Source: an uncultured bacterium (GTDB taxonomy: Bacteria > AUK180). From it: a stretch of DNA of 64,000 nt. The notes beneath the pieces were generated by a model. That model was not told the origin of the DNA. It saw nothing but the letters and a program-made list of their open reading frames with translations, and did not search any database. Positions 29,452-39,050 of the stretch are shown here, piece by piece (within the stretch, counting starts at the first letter, position 1; the number at the start of each line of letters is the position of its first letter). The stretch lies in NCBI GenBank assembly GCA_937863565.1, contig CALMGJ010000011.1:62001-126000 (forward strand). The letters run 5' to 3'. A program made the position numbers and the translations under genes.

Positions 29452-30295
29452 TTTCGGTAACCCTTTTCTGTAATTCCTTTATGATATCGTCAACATTGCT
29501 TTTGGGACTGGATGTGCCTGACACTATCGCCACGGACCGGCGCGGACTTAGAGCCTCGTATATCTCTTCATCCCATTGTTCTTTATGAAGGCATGCAACA
29601 TTCTGCGAGACGGATATATCATAGAGTTTTTTCGTGTTTGAAGATCCGTATCCGCCGACAACAAGCACAAAATCGAATTTTTTCACATTCCCTATCAGCC
29701 ACTCCTGCCTTTCATAGACGGCACTGCAAATAGTGAATTTTCCAATAAATTCGCTCCATTCGCATATTTTTGAAACTCCGGAGAATATTTCGTAGAAGCG
29801 TTCCTTATTCTGCGTGGATTGTGAGATGAAAAGAGCCTTATTAAAACTTTTCAGGTGTTTTATATCCTCCTTGTTCTGTACTATCTGAACATTGTTAAGT
29901 TTGGAGCGGTAACTCTTCACCTCAGTATGGGCGGGGTCTCCGAAGATGATGATATCATACCCGCGGGCTTCCCAGTCCTTGACTGTCTTTTCAATCGAAA
30001 TAACAAAAGGGCAGATAAGGGAATACACTTTCAATCCCTTTTTCCCGGCAAGGTCCATATCCTCCCTGCTGATCCCGTGGGAAGGATAAAAGAACACTTC
30101 TCCGTCCGGGATATCGTTTATCGATTTAACCGTTATCAATCCCTGCCCTGCAAGTTTAGCATTCGTATGCGGATTATTTACGATAGGACCGATCGTATAC
30201 GCCTTTTTATGTTCTTTCAGCGCTTTAAGTGCGGTATTTACGGCCCTTTCCACGCCGAAACAATAACCGTAAGAATTCAGAACTGTGACCTTCAT
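29414..30295 (-). CDS. ispH: 4-hydroxy-3-methylbut-2-enyl diphosphate reductase
   Basis: GYCFGVERAV, CPFV, TIC (three cluster Cys), HTEV, SSNT. Confidence 0.9.
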   Translation of the reverse strand: MKVTVLNSYGYCFGVERAVNTALKALKEHKKAYTIGPIVNNPHTNAKLAGQGLITVKSINDIPDGEVFFYPSHGISREDMDLAGKKGLKVYSLICPFVISIEKTVKDWEARGYDIIIFGDPAHTEVKSYRSKLNNVQIVQNKEDIKHLKSFNKALFISQSTQNKERFYEIFSGVSKICEWSEFIGKFTICSAVYERQEWLIGNVKKFDFVLVVGGYGSSNTKKLYDISVSQNVACLHKEQWDEEIYEALSPRRSVAIVSGTSSPKSNVDDIIKELQKRVTENGSKITVSYAEC

Positions 30296-30421
30296 CAGAC
30301 AATTACTCAATACATTATTATATAATAAATGCGTTTTTTTTCAAGATAAAGTTGAACCGCGGGCCGATCGCGTTGCAGGGATATGACCCTGTATTCAACG
30401 CGGTAGTGTCGCTCCGAGGCT

Positions 30422-31531
30422 TTAACCGCGCGATCCCGTGCCGATCACGCTATTGTATGCGTTCATATGAAGACCGGCGATCCTATCCCAGTTTATATCC
30501 CGCTCAGAGTAATTTTTGGCGTTTTTAACCTGTTCGGAGCAGATCTCTTCGTTTTCGATAAGCTCGTTCATTGCGTCGGCAAGTGAATCCGAACTGCCGC
30601 TTTGAAATATCCTTGCATATTTCCCGAACCCCGCCTGTTCCGGTAGTGCGCCGCTGGAAGAGACCACGACAGGCACTCCGGCCTCATATGCCATGGGCAG
30701 TATTCCTGATTGAGTGGCTGAAATATATGGGGCTACGAGCATATCCGCTTTGCTCAGAAGGCCGGAGATCTCTCTTCCGGAGAGCCATTTATTCTCGAAC
30801 TTGATATCTTGGGAGGAAGATGCCGCAGCTGAATAGGGCCGGATATCTCCTTCTCCGGCAATCGTAAGGCAGATCCCGGGATATTTCGCTTTTAATTTCT
30901 TGAATGCGGAAATAAGAAGATCGATCCCCTTATACCGCTCGAGCCTTCCCAAGAACAGGATGTTTTTGATCTGCCCGGAAGGGTCTCTGAATATTACCGG
31001 GCAAGCCGGGTCCGAAAGCGTTCCGAGAGGGATCGAAAAAACAGGCGCGCCCGTTCCTGCTCTTTTGCTGACCGTCTCGGTAAAATAATCAGCGTGCACG
31101 ATCAGGCCTGAACTTCTTTTGATGCTGAGGCCGTCAAGAAAGAGAAGAGAGAGGTTCTTTTCACCCTTATGCGCTACGGGATCGTGAACGGTCGATATTA
31201 CGGGGATCTTTTTAAGAACGGCGGCAATGATCGCCGGACTCCACGGATGGAGCATGGGAAAATGGATAATATCGGGACCGACGGCCTCTATTTTCCTCAT
31301 TATCGGCGCAATAAAAGAACGGGAGGCCAAAGAAGCGAAAGCATCGAATCCCGTTCTGAACGTATCGATGAAATACACTCTTTCAAGGCCGGTCCAGAAA
31401 GCCCCGTTCTCATTGAAAGACGAGAGTATTAGGCTTGTCTCGGCGCAAGCAGAAAGGGCGGCCGTTAACCGTTTTGAGATGACGGGGCCCGCGCCGCGGC
31501 GGCCGAGATAGATCAGAAGTACTTTCATCAT
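30422..31531 (-). CDS. Glycosyltransferase family 4
   Basis: LFLGRLERYKG, PYISATQSG, GALPE. Confidence 0.88.
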   Translation of the reverse strand: MMKVLLIYLGRRGAGPVISKRLTAALSACAETSLILSSFNENGAFWTGLERVYFIDTFRTGFDAFASLASRSFIAPIMRKIEAVGPDIIHFPMLHPWSPAIIAAVLKKIPVISTVHDPVAHKGEKNLSLLFLDGLSIKRSSGLIVHADYFTETVSKRAGTGAPVFSIPLGTLSDPACPVIFRDPSGQIKNILFLGRLERYKGIDLLISAFKKLKAKYPGICLTIAGEGDIRPYSAAASSSQDIKFENKWLSGREISGLLSKADMLVAPYISATQSGILPMAYEAGVPVVVSSSGALPEQAGFGKYARIFQSGSSDSLADAMNELIENEEICSEQVKNAKNYSERDINWDRIAGLHMNAYNSVIGTGSRG

Positions 31532-32622
31532 TGGCCGTTAAATCCCCCGACAACGATCCTTATATCCCTGGAGAAACGCTCAGCGGAAAGCGGAAGCGTC
31601 AGTCGCAGCCTGTCCCGGAGGCCCGATGCCGATACCGGGTCCTTGACAAAACCGGAAAGTTTATCCGTCGCATCTTCGATGTTCCCGTACGTTAATTCCC
31701 TCATATGCCCGATGATCTCCTGCTGCCCGCCTCCTTCCTTGATCAGCACAAGACAGCCCGCGCACACATATTCGGCAACTGCAATGCCGAAATGCTCATC
31801 GGACATGGCATGCACGGCATATCTGTGCCGTGATAGCTCATGTTTGTATTCCTTTCTCGGAAGAACATCGGAATGTTCTATCCATTTGCGTGAAGCAATG
31901 AGTTTTCCTATTTTTCCCCCGTAGCCGTTCTCCGGAAGATGCCCAATGAGCCGGAGGCCCATGTCCTTTCCCGTCAATATTCTTGTTTTTTCGACGATAC
32001 CGATAACATCCTCTATCTTTTTTTCAGGAGCGATCCTTCCGGCGCAGATAACGCTTTCTTTCTTTTCCATCCAGGGAACGGCGGGGAAATCGTCATCGAC
32101 GGGAGGATAGATCACCGTGCTTTCGATACCGTAAAGGCGCTTTACGATCCCGGCGCCCCAAAGAGAACTTGTTATTGTATTATTGCGCTTCATTGAGGAC
32201 CGGGAATATCCGGAGTAGAGCCTGGCAAGAGAATAATAGATCTTCCGCAGAAGACCGAGATCATTCCTGTAACTCTCTTCTGTGGGGCAGTGTATGTATT
32301 GTATCCCTTTTCTGCCGAGATCCATTTCATCCCGTGTAGAGAACAGAATATCCCATCGGGTACGGTTCTTTTTTATGAATCTCATCGCGATGTGTTTTTT
32401 AAGGATATGCCCCCTTTGAGGGGCGGAAAGCGTAATGATATTGAGGTCTTCCCGGCTAAGAGAAGTACCGAAAACCTCATTAATCCTGTCCACGGTAATG
32501 CCCTTTTCCGTTACGATAAGATCGGCACGGAATTCCCCTTTCAGCGCATCCGCCACACGGACCGCGACATATTCCGCGCCGGCAAAGCCGAATGACGGAT
32601 GTACTATGGCAAGCTTTTTCAA
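31528..32622 (-). CDS. Glycosyltransferase family 4, ALG11-like
   Basis: IVHP...GAEYV, VIYPPV, GRIAPEKKIE, HAMSDEHFGIAVAEY. Confidence 0.85.
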   Translation of the reverse strand: MKKLAIVHPSFGFAGAEYVAVRVADALKGEFRADLIVTEKGITVDRINEVFGTSLSREDLNIITLSAPQRGHILKKHIAMRFIKKNRTRWDILFSTRDEMDLGRKGIQYIHCPTEESYRNDLGLLRKIYYSLARLYSGYSRSSMKRNNTITSSLWGAGIVKRLYGIESTVIYPPVDDDFPAVPWMEKKESVICAGRIAPEKKIEDVIGIVEKTRILTGKDMGLRLIGHLPENGYGGKIGKLIASRKWIEHSDVLPRKEYKHELSRHRYAVHAMSDEHFGIAVAEYVCAGCLVLIKEGGGQQEIIGHMRELTYGNIEDATDKLSGFVKDPVSASGLRDRLRLTLPLSAERFSRDIRIVVGGFNGQ

Positions 32623-33716
32623 ATATCTATCCCTAAACCTTTCATCTTTTCCCGAAATTCGCCTGTGATCCGTTCCGGGGAGAATCTTTCGGCATGCGTT
32701 CTTCCCGCAGAGGCGAGACCGGCATATACGGCGGGTTCGTCCAAATGCTTTATCTTATCCGTCCACTCCGCGATATTCGAGACATCGTCAACGAAAAGGC
32801 CGCCGGAGAAATTCGATTCCTCCAGGCCGCCGCTTCTTGCTGTAATGACCGGAATGCCGTGAGCCATGGCCTCTACCACGCACCGGCCGAACGGTTCCTC
32901 GGCAATCGTGGGAACGATAAGTATCCCTATTTTCTCGTAAAAACCGTCCATATCTGTCAGCCAATCTTTAACAACAATGTTCCGTATCTTCGAAGCGGAA
33001 GAAAGGAGGGCCCGGGATGAAACGCCTCCCTTGAGGAATATGAACGTTCTTCCCGGCATATCCCGGGCGATCCGGGCAGCGATATGCCCTCCTTTGATCT
33101 TTGTCATTCCCATAAACCCGACGATCCCGGATGATCTGCCTTCGCGGCCGGGCTTGGGAGCGGGAACCGGCGGATAAACGAAGTCCGTTCTTACCGAAAA
33201 AAGATCCGATAATCTATCTCTCATGAAGGATGAATTTGTAAAGACCGCGGATGCCGCGTTCATGATCTTGATATTCCGGGTCCTTCTTGCGAATGCCGCG
33301 GGAAGATTCGGCAGCTTTCTTATAAATTCCACAGCGTTCCCCGAACGGTCGAACAACCCGTACCAATCGGGACTGCGTATGAAAAATACCGTATTCAATG
33401 AACGTATCCTACCGATTCGCGGAATGGCAGGTTCCTGAAAGATCGCAAGTTCGGCGCCGAATGACGACAATTCTTTTTCCACAGAGCAAGAGAAATATTT
33501 TTCGATACGCAGCATTTTCATGTGATGGGGAAGCGGGGCATTTAATAAATTGGAGATATCTACATGCACGGTATGGTCCTCTGTGGAGTTTTTCCCTGAT
33601 GCAAAGACATATTTGATCTCATTGCCGTTCGAAACCCCCTCCATGAGCATTTTAGCAGAGATCTCCGCCCCCCCTCTTGCTCCGTCGAAAGAGTATCCCG
33701 CATACAGGATCCTCAT
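32619..33716 (-). CDS. Glycosyltransferase family 4
   Basis: GGAEIS, EPFGRCVVEAMAHGIPVI. Confidence 0.88.
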   Translation of the reverse strand: MRILYAGYSFDGARGGAEISAKMLMEGVSNGNEIKYVFASGKNSTEDHTVHVDISNLLNAPLPHHMKMLRIEKYFSCSVEKELSSFGAELAIFQEPAIPRIGRIRSLNTVFFIRSPDWYGLFDRSGNAVEFIRKLPNLPAAFARRTRNIKIMNAASAVFTNSSFMRDRLSDLFSVRTDFVYPPVPAPKPGREGRSSGIVGFMGMTKIKGGHIAARIARDMPGRTFIFLKGGVSSRALLSSASKIRNIVVKDWLTDMDGFYEKIGILIVPTIAEEPFGRCVVEAMAHGIPVITARSGGLEESNFSGGLFVDDVSNIAEWTDKIKHLDEPAVYAGLASAGRTHAERFSPERITGEFREKMKGLGIDI

Positions 33717-34768
33717 TATACTTCTCCTCCTTTGCAGTGGGTGCGGTATAAACTGCGATATCTATCATTGACCCTGTCTGAGGAGAACTCCTTTTTAGCG
33801 TGTTCGTGTGCAGCCCGGCACATTCTTCCGAACAGTTCCTCATTGTCGTAAAGCAGGGCGATCTTGACGAACAATCCCCTGAAGTCATCAACGAGGAATC
33901 CGGTCGTCCCGTCCAGAATGATCTCGGCGGCCGCGCCCGCTCGGAATGAAAGGGCCGGGATGCCGTAGGCGGCGGATTCAAGGAGCGTATTCGGGAAACC
34001 TTCATACCGGGAAACGCAGATCACGGCAGAGATGCCGGAATACAATTCTCTTTCGTTCTCAGTAAAGGGTTCCAAAAAGAAGGGTTGCTGCGGTTCGCGT
34101 TTGATCAGTTCTTCTATACTTCTCTTTAGAGGGCCTTTTCCCCTGAACACGAAGCGGATATCCCTGGCACCGAATAACCCTTTTACGGAAGCATACGCTT
34201 CGATCAGTTCTCGGTGCCCCTTCACCTTATGAAAGCGGCCGATCAGAGCTACTGTGAACGGCCGCCGGGGCGGAAGGACCCGCTCCTTCAGCGTTGTTCC
34301 GTTCGGGATATAAACGGAGGTCTTGATGCCATGCTTTTTTAAAAAGAGGGCATCTGCAGGAAAATTCACCGTTATAGCATCGGTCCTTTTTATCGTGATC
34401 CGCTCGATGAGATAGTGATACCATCTCTTCCATTTATCCTCGCTCCTGTAGCTGTTTATGAGAAGGACACCGGCGGGCGCGAACACCCTTGAAAGAATAT
34501 TCGCATGGAACAGGAAAGAATGAACGATACCGTAGCGCCCATTCTTCAGGAAGCGTCCAAGCCCCAAAAGGCTTAATGGCTTTCTCTTGATGTCCAGCAG
34601 ATGAGCCGGAATGCTCCTTTCTACAAATTCGGCGTTCAAAGAACCGTCACCTTCAAATGTAAGAAGTTCCGGATCGTGGCCGAGGCTCTTGAGGAAAACG
34701 GCCAGGGAAAGCACATTCTTTTCAGTGCCTGCGATCGTTGATGAGGTTGTCATCAGAAGTATTTTCAT
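33716..34768 (-). CDS. Glycosyltransferase family 4
   Basis: AGTEK, IGRFHKVKG, SRYEGFPNTLLE; start set at ATG 34768 downstream of TTGCAT-17bp-TATATT. Confidence 0.88.
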   Translation of the reverse strand: MKILLMTTSSTIAGTEKNVLSLAVFLKSLGHDPELLTFEGDGSLNAEFVERSIPAHLLDIKRKPLSLLGLGRFLKNGRYGIVHSFLFHANILSRVFAPAGVLLINSYRSEDKWKRWYHYLIERITIKRTDAITVNFPADALFLKKHGIKTSVYIPNGTTLKERVLPPRRPFTVALIGRFHKVKGHRELIEAYASVKGLFGARDIRFVFRGKGPLKRSIEELIKREPQQPFFLEPFTENERELYSGISAVICVSRYEGFPNTLLESAAYGIPALSFRAGAAAEIILDGTTGFLVDDFRGLFVKIALLYDNEELFGRMCRAAHEHAKKEFSSDRVNDRYRSLYRTHCKGGEV

Positions 34769-34894
34769 AACTGTATTTTTCTCAAATATACCATACTTCC
34801 GTTTATTATGCAAACAGGGCACGGGAGAGAACCGCACTTGGCATTTGAGCATTGCCGTTATTGAAAAAATCGGGTTAAAGTATTATAATAACTT

Positions 34895-35731
34895 ATGAAA
34901 AGGATCTTCATCCTCGGTGCCGGCGGATTGCTGGGCACTGAAATGGTAAAAAAGCTCAGTCCGGCTTTCGACGTGACGGCGCCGGCCTCTAAAGAAGCGG
35001 ATATTACAGATCACGCTTCACTGAGAAGATCCGTTTTGGGGGCCAAGCCCGATATCATCATAAACTGCGCAGCTCAGTCGAATGTGGACGCAGCGGAAAG
35101 CGAGATGTTCCGAACACTGAATGTGAATTCATACGGCGTTGCCGATCTTTGCGAAATCGCCGCAAGATCGGGTATTTTTCTCGTACATATCTCTACCGAT
35201 TATGTTTTTGACGGATCTTCGATAAAACCATATAGGGAAGAAGACCCAAGGAAAGCCGTGAATTTTTACGGTTATACAAAGGTCTATGCCGAAGAGATCA
35301 TAGAAAACACCCTTACGGACTACTTGATCTTCAGGGTGGCGTGGCTTATCGGGGGAAAGAGGCCCACCTTCTATGATAAGATACTCGAATGGAAGAGTTC
35401 TGAGATAGGTGTGATAGACGACCAGATCGGCGATCCTACTTTTGCCGGATGGGCGACTGAAACGGTGAGAACGGGCATAGAGACGGGCATGCCTTCCGGC
35501 ATCTACCATCTGACATCTTCAGCCGGGATCTCACGGTACGCTTTCGCTCTTCGTTTAAAGGAGCGCTTCTGTCTCCCGTTCCGGGTGCGCCCGGTCAACT
35601 CCGCCGCACTGGGAAGGACAGCTGCCAGGCCGGCATATACATCGTTGTGCACTGAAAAACTGTCCTCTGTCTTGGGGATCCGCATCCCGGGTTGGGAAGA
35701 ACAGCTCGAGGATTTCTTAAAGCATGGATAA
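34895..35731 (+). CDS. rfbD: dTDP-4-dehydrorhamnose reductase
   Basis: GAGGLLG, INCAA, HISTDYVFDG, YGYTK, DQIGDPT, RPAY. Confidence 0.92.
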   Translation: MKRIFILGAGGLLGTEMVKKLSPAFDVTAPASKEADITDHASLRRSVLGAKPDIIINCAAQSNVDAAESEMFRTLNVNSYGVADLCEIAARSGIFLVHISTDYVFDGSSIKPYREEDPRKAVNFYGYTKVYAEEIIENTLTDYLIFRVAWLIGGKRPTFYDKILEWKSSEIGVIDDQIGDPTFAGWATETVRTGIETGMPSGIYHLTSSAGISRYAFALRLKERFCLPFRVRPVNSAALGRTAARPAYTSLCTEKLSSVLGIRIPGWEEQLEDFLKHG

Positions 35732-37880
35732 AACCCCGGTAAATTTTTCCATGAATTACGAGAAAGAGCTGAACAAGCTCATAATCGATTACATCGAACG
35801 GAAAAGAAGACTGCGGATAGGAGCAACGGATAAGGCTTTCATCGGGAGCGCCATCAACCTTCTCGTCAAGAAACTCGGACAGAAACACCGCCTCGATTAT
35901 CAGCCTATGGCGCTTCACTCGCTCAGAGTCGCCATTAAGTGTCTTTCATACTATAAATTGTACGATATGGAAATGATCGTCGCCGCGCTCCTGCATGATG
36001 TCGTTGAAGATTCTTCAGTTTCTGTGGAGGAAGTGAGAAATCTGTTCGGAGCAACCATAGCCTATCTTGTGGACGGTCTTACCAAATTCGATTTCACGAG
36101 AGAGCAAAAAGTGACAAAGATGGTCAAGGACACGGCGTCCATGGTCAAGCTTCTTCTTTATTCCCAGAACGATCTTCGGATACTGCTCATTAAATTCCTT
36201 GACAGGATAGATAACCTGGAAACGATACACGGAACATCCGCACAGCAAAGGAACGTGAAGATTAACGAGACAAAGGAGTTCTTTATCCCTCTCGCGGACG
36301 CTCTCAATATGTGGCGCGTTAAGCAGCGCCTGGAAAATCTCGTTTTCAGGGCTCAGAATCAGCGGGTATACCATGACCTTGAAGAGGACCTGCGTTATTA
36401 CAAAAGCAATGTTTTCAGGGGAAAGGCTCCCGAGGTATATATAGACAGCGTTATAGTGAAACGGATAAAGGCCGAATTGAAAAAGCGCGGCGTACGAGTG
36501 CTGAAGATCAAATTCCGCGAGAAAAGCCTCTACAGTATCTATCAGAAGATAGAAAAGGAAAAACTGCCGCTCGAGAAAGTCAACGATATCTTCGGCATCA
36601 AGGTGATCGTGGATAAGGAATCGGAGTGCTATGAGGCATTGAACATCATAAAGAGGCTCTACCGTAGGATCGTGAAAGAGAAGGATTACATCGAAAAGCC
36701 CAAACCGAACGGATACAAATCCCTGCATCTTGTGATCTATGAGCCCAAACTTAAATTCTCCATCGAGATCCAGATCAAAACGGATGAAATGGAGGCCTAT
36801 AATGAATACGGCCCGGCCGCGCACCCGAATTATAAAGGATGGGAATTCGATGCCAATGCAATGAGCAATATCGAGAAGATCTACGATGTGCTCGACGCTG
36901 TTCTGCGTTCAAAGCAAGTGGGGGGAAAACATTTCCAGATCGGGGTCTATACACCCGCAGGCGACCGTATAGCTCTTCCGGCAGGTTCTACGGTGCTTGA
37001 TCTGGCATATAAGATACACTCTGATCTGGCTCATCACTGTCGAGGGGCCAAGATCTTCCGGTACGGGAATACCGATCTTAGTTTCACTGCCTCCCTTGAC
37101 GAGCCGCTCGAGGATGAGGACAAGGTGGAGATCATAACGGACCCCGATGCTCATCCCGCTATCAACTGGCTGTTTTACGCAAGAACCCTGACTGCTCATA
37201 AGGCTGTGAAGGCCTGGCTTCTCAATTACTACAGTTCGACCGAGATCGTATCCAAACTTGCCGACGATATACAAAAAGTTGGACAAGCGAAACATGTACC
37301 TCCTATTTATTCGGTGGTGCGCGATATCTACAAAGATATCTATCCCGCCGACCTGCTCCATCTGAAGAAAGAGCCTATCTCGGAAAGAATTGGCCTCGAG
37401 ACCGTGCACCGCATCATCATTACGAACTCCGGGAAGGAAACGGACAAGTATATTCTGGCGCTTTGCTGCAGCCCTCTTTTCGGCGAAAATATCGCGGGAA
37501 TAAAGAGGGGCGCCGTTCTGGAGGTGCATCGGGATAATTGTAAAACGCTCAATCAGAAGAATATCATAGGGCTTACCTGGGCTCATGACGTTAATAAGAA
37601 AAAATGGAAGAGCAAAATATATTTTTCCTTTGAGAAGACGATGCCTCTTCAGAAGGCCTCTTCAAAGGTACGGCGGCTTATCGCAGCGGCTTTGAAACCC
37701 TATAAAGGTTATTACGACGAGTATAAGATCGATTTCAATAAGACCGGCGGCAATAGCGAGAATATGCCGATCGGTTCAGGATATATTAATATCAGCATCA
37801 ATTCCACCGAGGTGGTCGATGCGATAAAGGAAGCCTTTTATAAGGACGGGAGCTTCTCAAATGTACTTCCGAACTGCTGA
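35724..37880 (+). CDS. rel: Long RelA/SpoT homologue (HD hydrolase, synthetase, TGS, zinc-finger-like region)
   Basis: AALLHDVVED, REKSLYSIYQK, KDYIEKPKPNGYKSLH, EIQIKT, YTPAGD...AYKIHS (TGS), CCSP...HRDNC. Confidence 0.9.
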   Translation: MDKTPVNFSMNYEKELNKLIIDYIERKRRLRIGATDKAFIGSAINLLVKKLGQKHRLDYQPMALHSLRVAIKCLSYYKLYDMEMIVAALLHDVVEDSSVSVEEVRNLFGATIAYLVDGLTKFDFTREQKVTKMVKDTASMVKLLLYSQNDLRILLIKFLDRIDNLETIHGTSAQQRNVKINETKEFFIPLADALNMWRVKQRLENLVFRAQNQRVYHDLEEDLRYYKSNVFRGKAPEVYIDSVIVKRIKAELKKRGVRVLKIKFREKSLYSIYQKIEKEKLPLEKVNDIFGIKVIVDKESECYEALNIIKRLYRRIVKEKDYIEKPKPNGYKSLHLVIYEPKLKFSIEIQIKTDEMEAYNEYGPAAHPNYKGWEFDANAMSNIEKIYDVLDAVLRSKQVGGKHFQIGVYTPAGDRIALPAGSTVLDLAYKIHSDLAHHCRGAKIFRYGNTDLSFTASLDEPLEDEDKVEIITDPDAHPAINWLFYARTLTAHKAVKAWLLNYYSSTEIVSKLADDIQKVGQAKHVPPIYSVVRDIYKDIYPADLLHLKKEPISERIGLETVHRIIITNSGKETDKYILALCCSPLFGENIAGIKRGAVLEVHRDNCKTLNQKNIIGLTWAHDVNKKKWKSKIYFSFEKTMPLQKASSKVRRLIAAALKPYKGYYDEYKIDFNKTGGNSENMPIGSGYINISINSTEVVDAIKEAFYKDGSFSNVLPNC

Positions 37881-38613
37881 CGGATCCGGCGCGCTGATGC
37901 TTTTCGATACGCCTTTTCTCTCCGGCTTCACTACAAGAAGAGGCGGTGTCTCCGGGAACGGATTCGCTTCTTTTAATCTGTATTTCGGGCGGGGGGACGA
38001 GCAGAGCAACGTTAAGAAGAACTTCGAGATCTTCCGGAGTAAAACGGCATATTCCGGGCCTATGGTCTTTGTATCTCAGGTTCACGGCGCCGGGGTGTAC
38101 CACCTTGAGGAGGCTCCCGCGCAGGACATCACGATCCCCGGATATGACGGGATAATGACATCTTTGAAGGGAGTTCTTTGTTCCGTCAAGTTCGCAGACT
38201 GCCTTCCTCTTCTCATCTACGGGAAAACGTACGCTTCCATTGTTCATTGCGGCTGGAGAGGCTGCGCCAAACATGTGCAGCGTACCGCCGTGAGGATGAT
38301 GAAGGAGCGGGGAGAGGATGCGGCGGATCTGAAGGCCGTGATGGGCCCTCATATCGGCGAAGAGCATTATGAGGTCGGGCCTGAAGTACGGACCGCTTTT
38401 CTGGAGAACGGTTTCGCGAAAGAAATATTTTCCCGGCGGTCCGGAAAGGATTTCCTTTCGCTGGAAAGAGCTGTGCGGAAGGACCTGGCCGGATGCGACA
38501 TTGAGAACGTGATCTCCGTCGGAGAGGATACTTTTTCAAAGGACGAGCTCTATTATTCTTACCGCCGAGACGGGCGCGCCTGCGGCGAGATGATGATGTT
38601 CTTTATTCTGTAG
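37861..38613 (+). CDS. pgeF: Peptidoglycan editing factor PgeF/YfiH (laccase-domain) family
   Basis: FTTRRGG, QVHG, ADCLP, HCGWRG, GPHI, YSYRR. Confidence 0.9.
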   Translation: MYFRTADGSGALMLFDTPFLSGFTTRRGGVSGNGFASFNLYFGRGDEQSNVKKNFEIFRSKTAYSGPMVFVSQVHGAGVYHLEEAPAQDITIPGYDGIMTSLKGVLCSVKFADCLPLLIYGKTYASIVHCGWRGCAKHVQRTAVRMMKERGEDAADLKAVMGPHIGEEHYEVGPEVRTAFLENGFAKEIFSRRSGKDFLSLERAVRKDLAGCDIENVISVGEDTFSKDELYYSYRRDGRACGEMMMFFIL

Positions 38614-38622
38614 GAGTTCTTT

Positions 38623-38976
38623 ATGCAGAAGATAATATCTTTGGAATCCGGGCTGCTCCGGTTGGATAACAGGGAATACGCGCAGGACCTTATTATAGTC
38701 CCGAACAGGATAATATGCCCTTGGAGAAGAAAAAAGGGACATCTTCTTCAGCTTGACGATTGCATCGAAATAAAGGATGAGATGCTTCATTATCGATATA
38801 TTGTCATCGGATGCGGATTTCAAAGCGCAATGCATATTTCGAAGGAGTTCTTCAACTGGATGAAGCAGAACGGGATTTTATATTTCTACGGCAATACGGC
38901 GGATGCCGGCGAGATCTATAATGATGCCGTGGGCCGCGGCAAAGATATGATCGCAATGTTCCATTTAACATGCTGA
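38623..38976 (+). CDS. Mth938-like domain protein
   Basis: IVIGCG...T.DA..IYN...FHLTC C-terminal signature. Confidence 0.8.
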   Translation: MQKIISLESGLLRLDNREYAQDLIIVPNRIICPWRRKKGHLLQLDDCIEIKDEMLHYRYIVIGCGFQSAMHISKEFFNWMKQNGILYFYGNTADAGEIYNDAVGRGKDMIAMFHLTC

Positions 38977-39050
38977 CCTTTTGTCCCCAGCTGCGGGATG
39001 TATTGATTTCTTCCCGCTTTTACATTATAATCTAATTTAACGGAGTCTAT

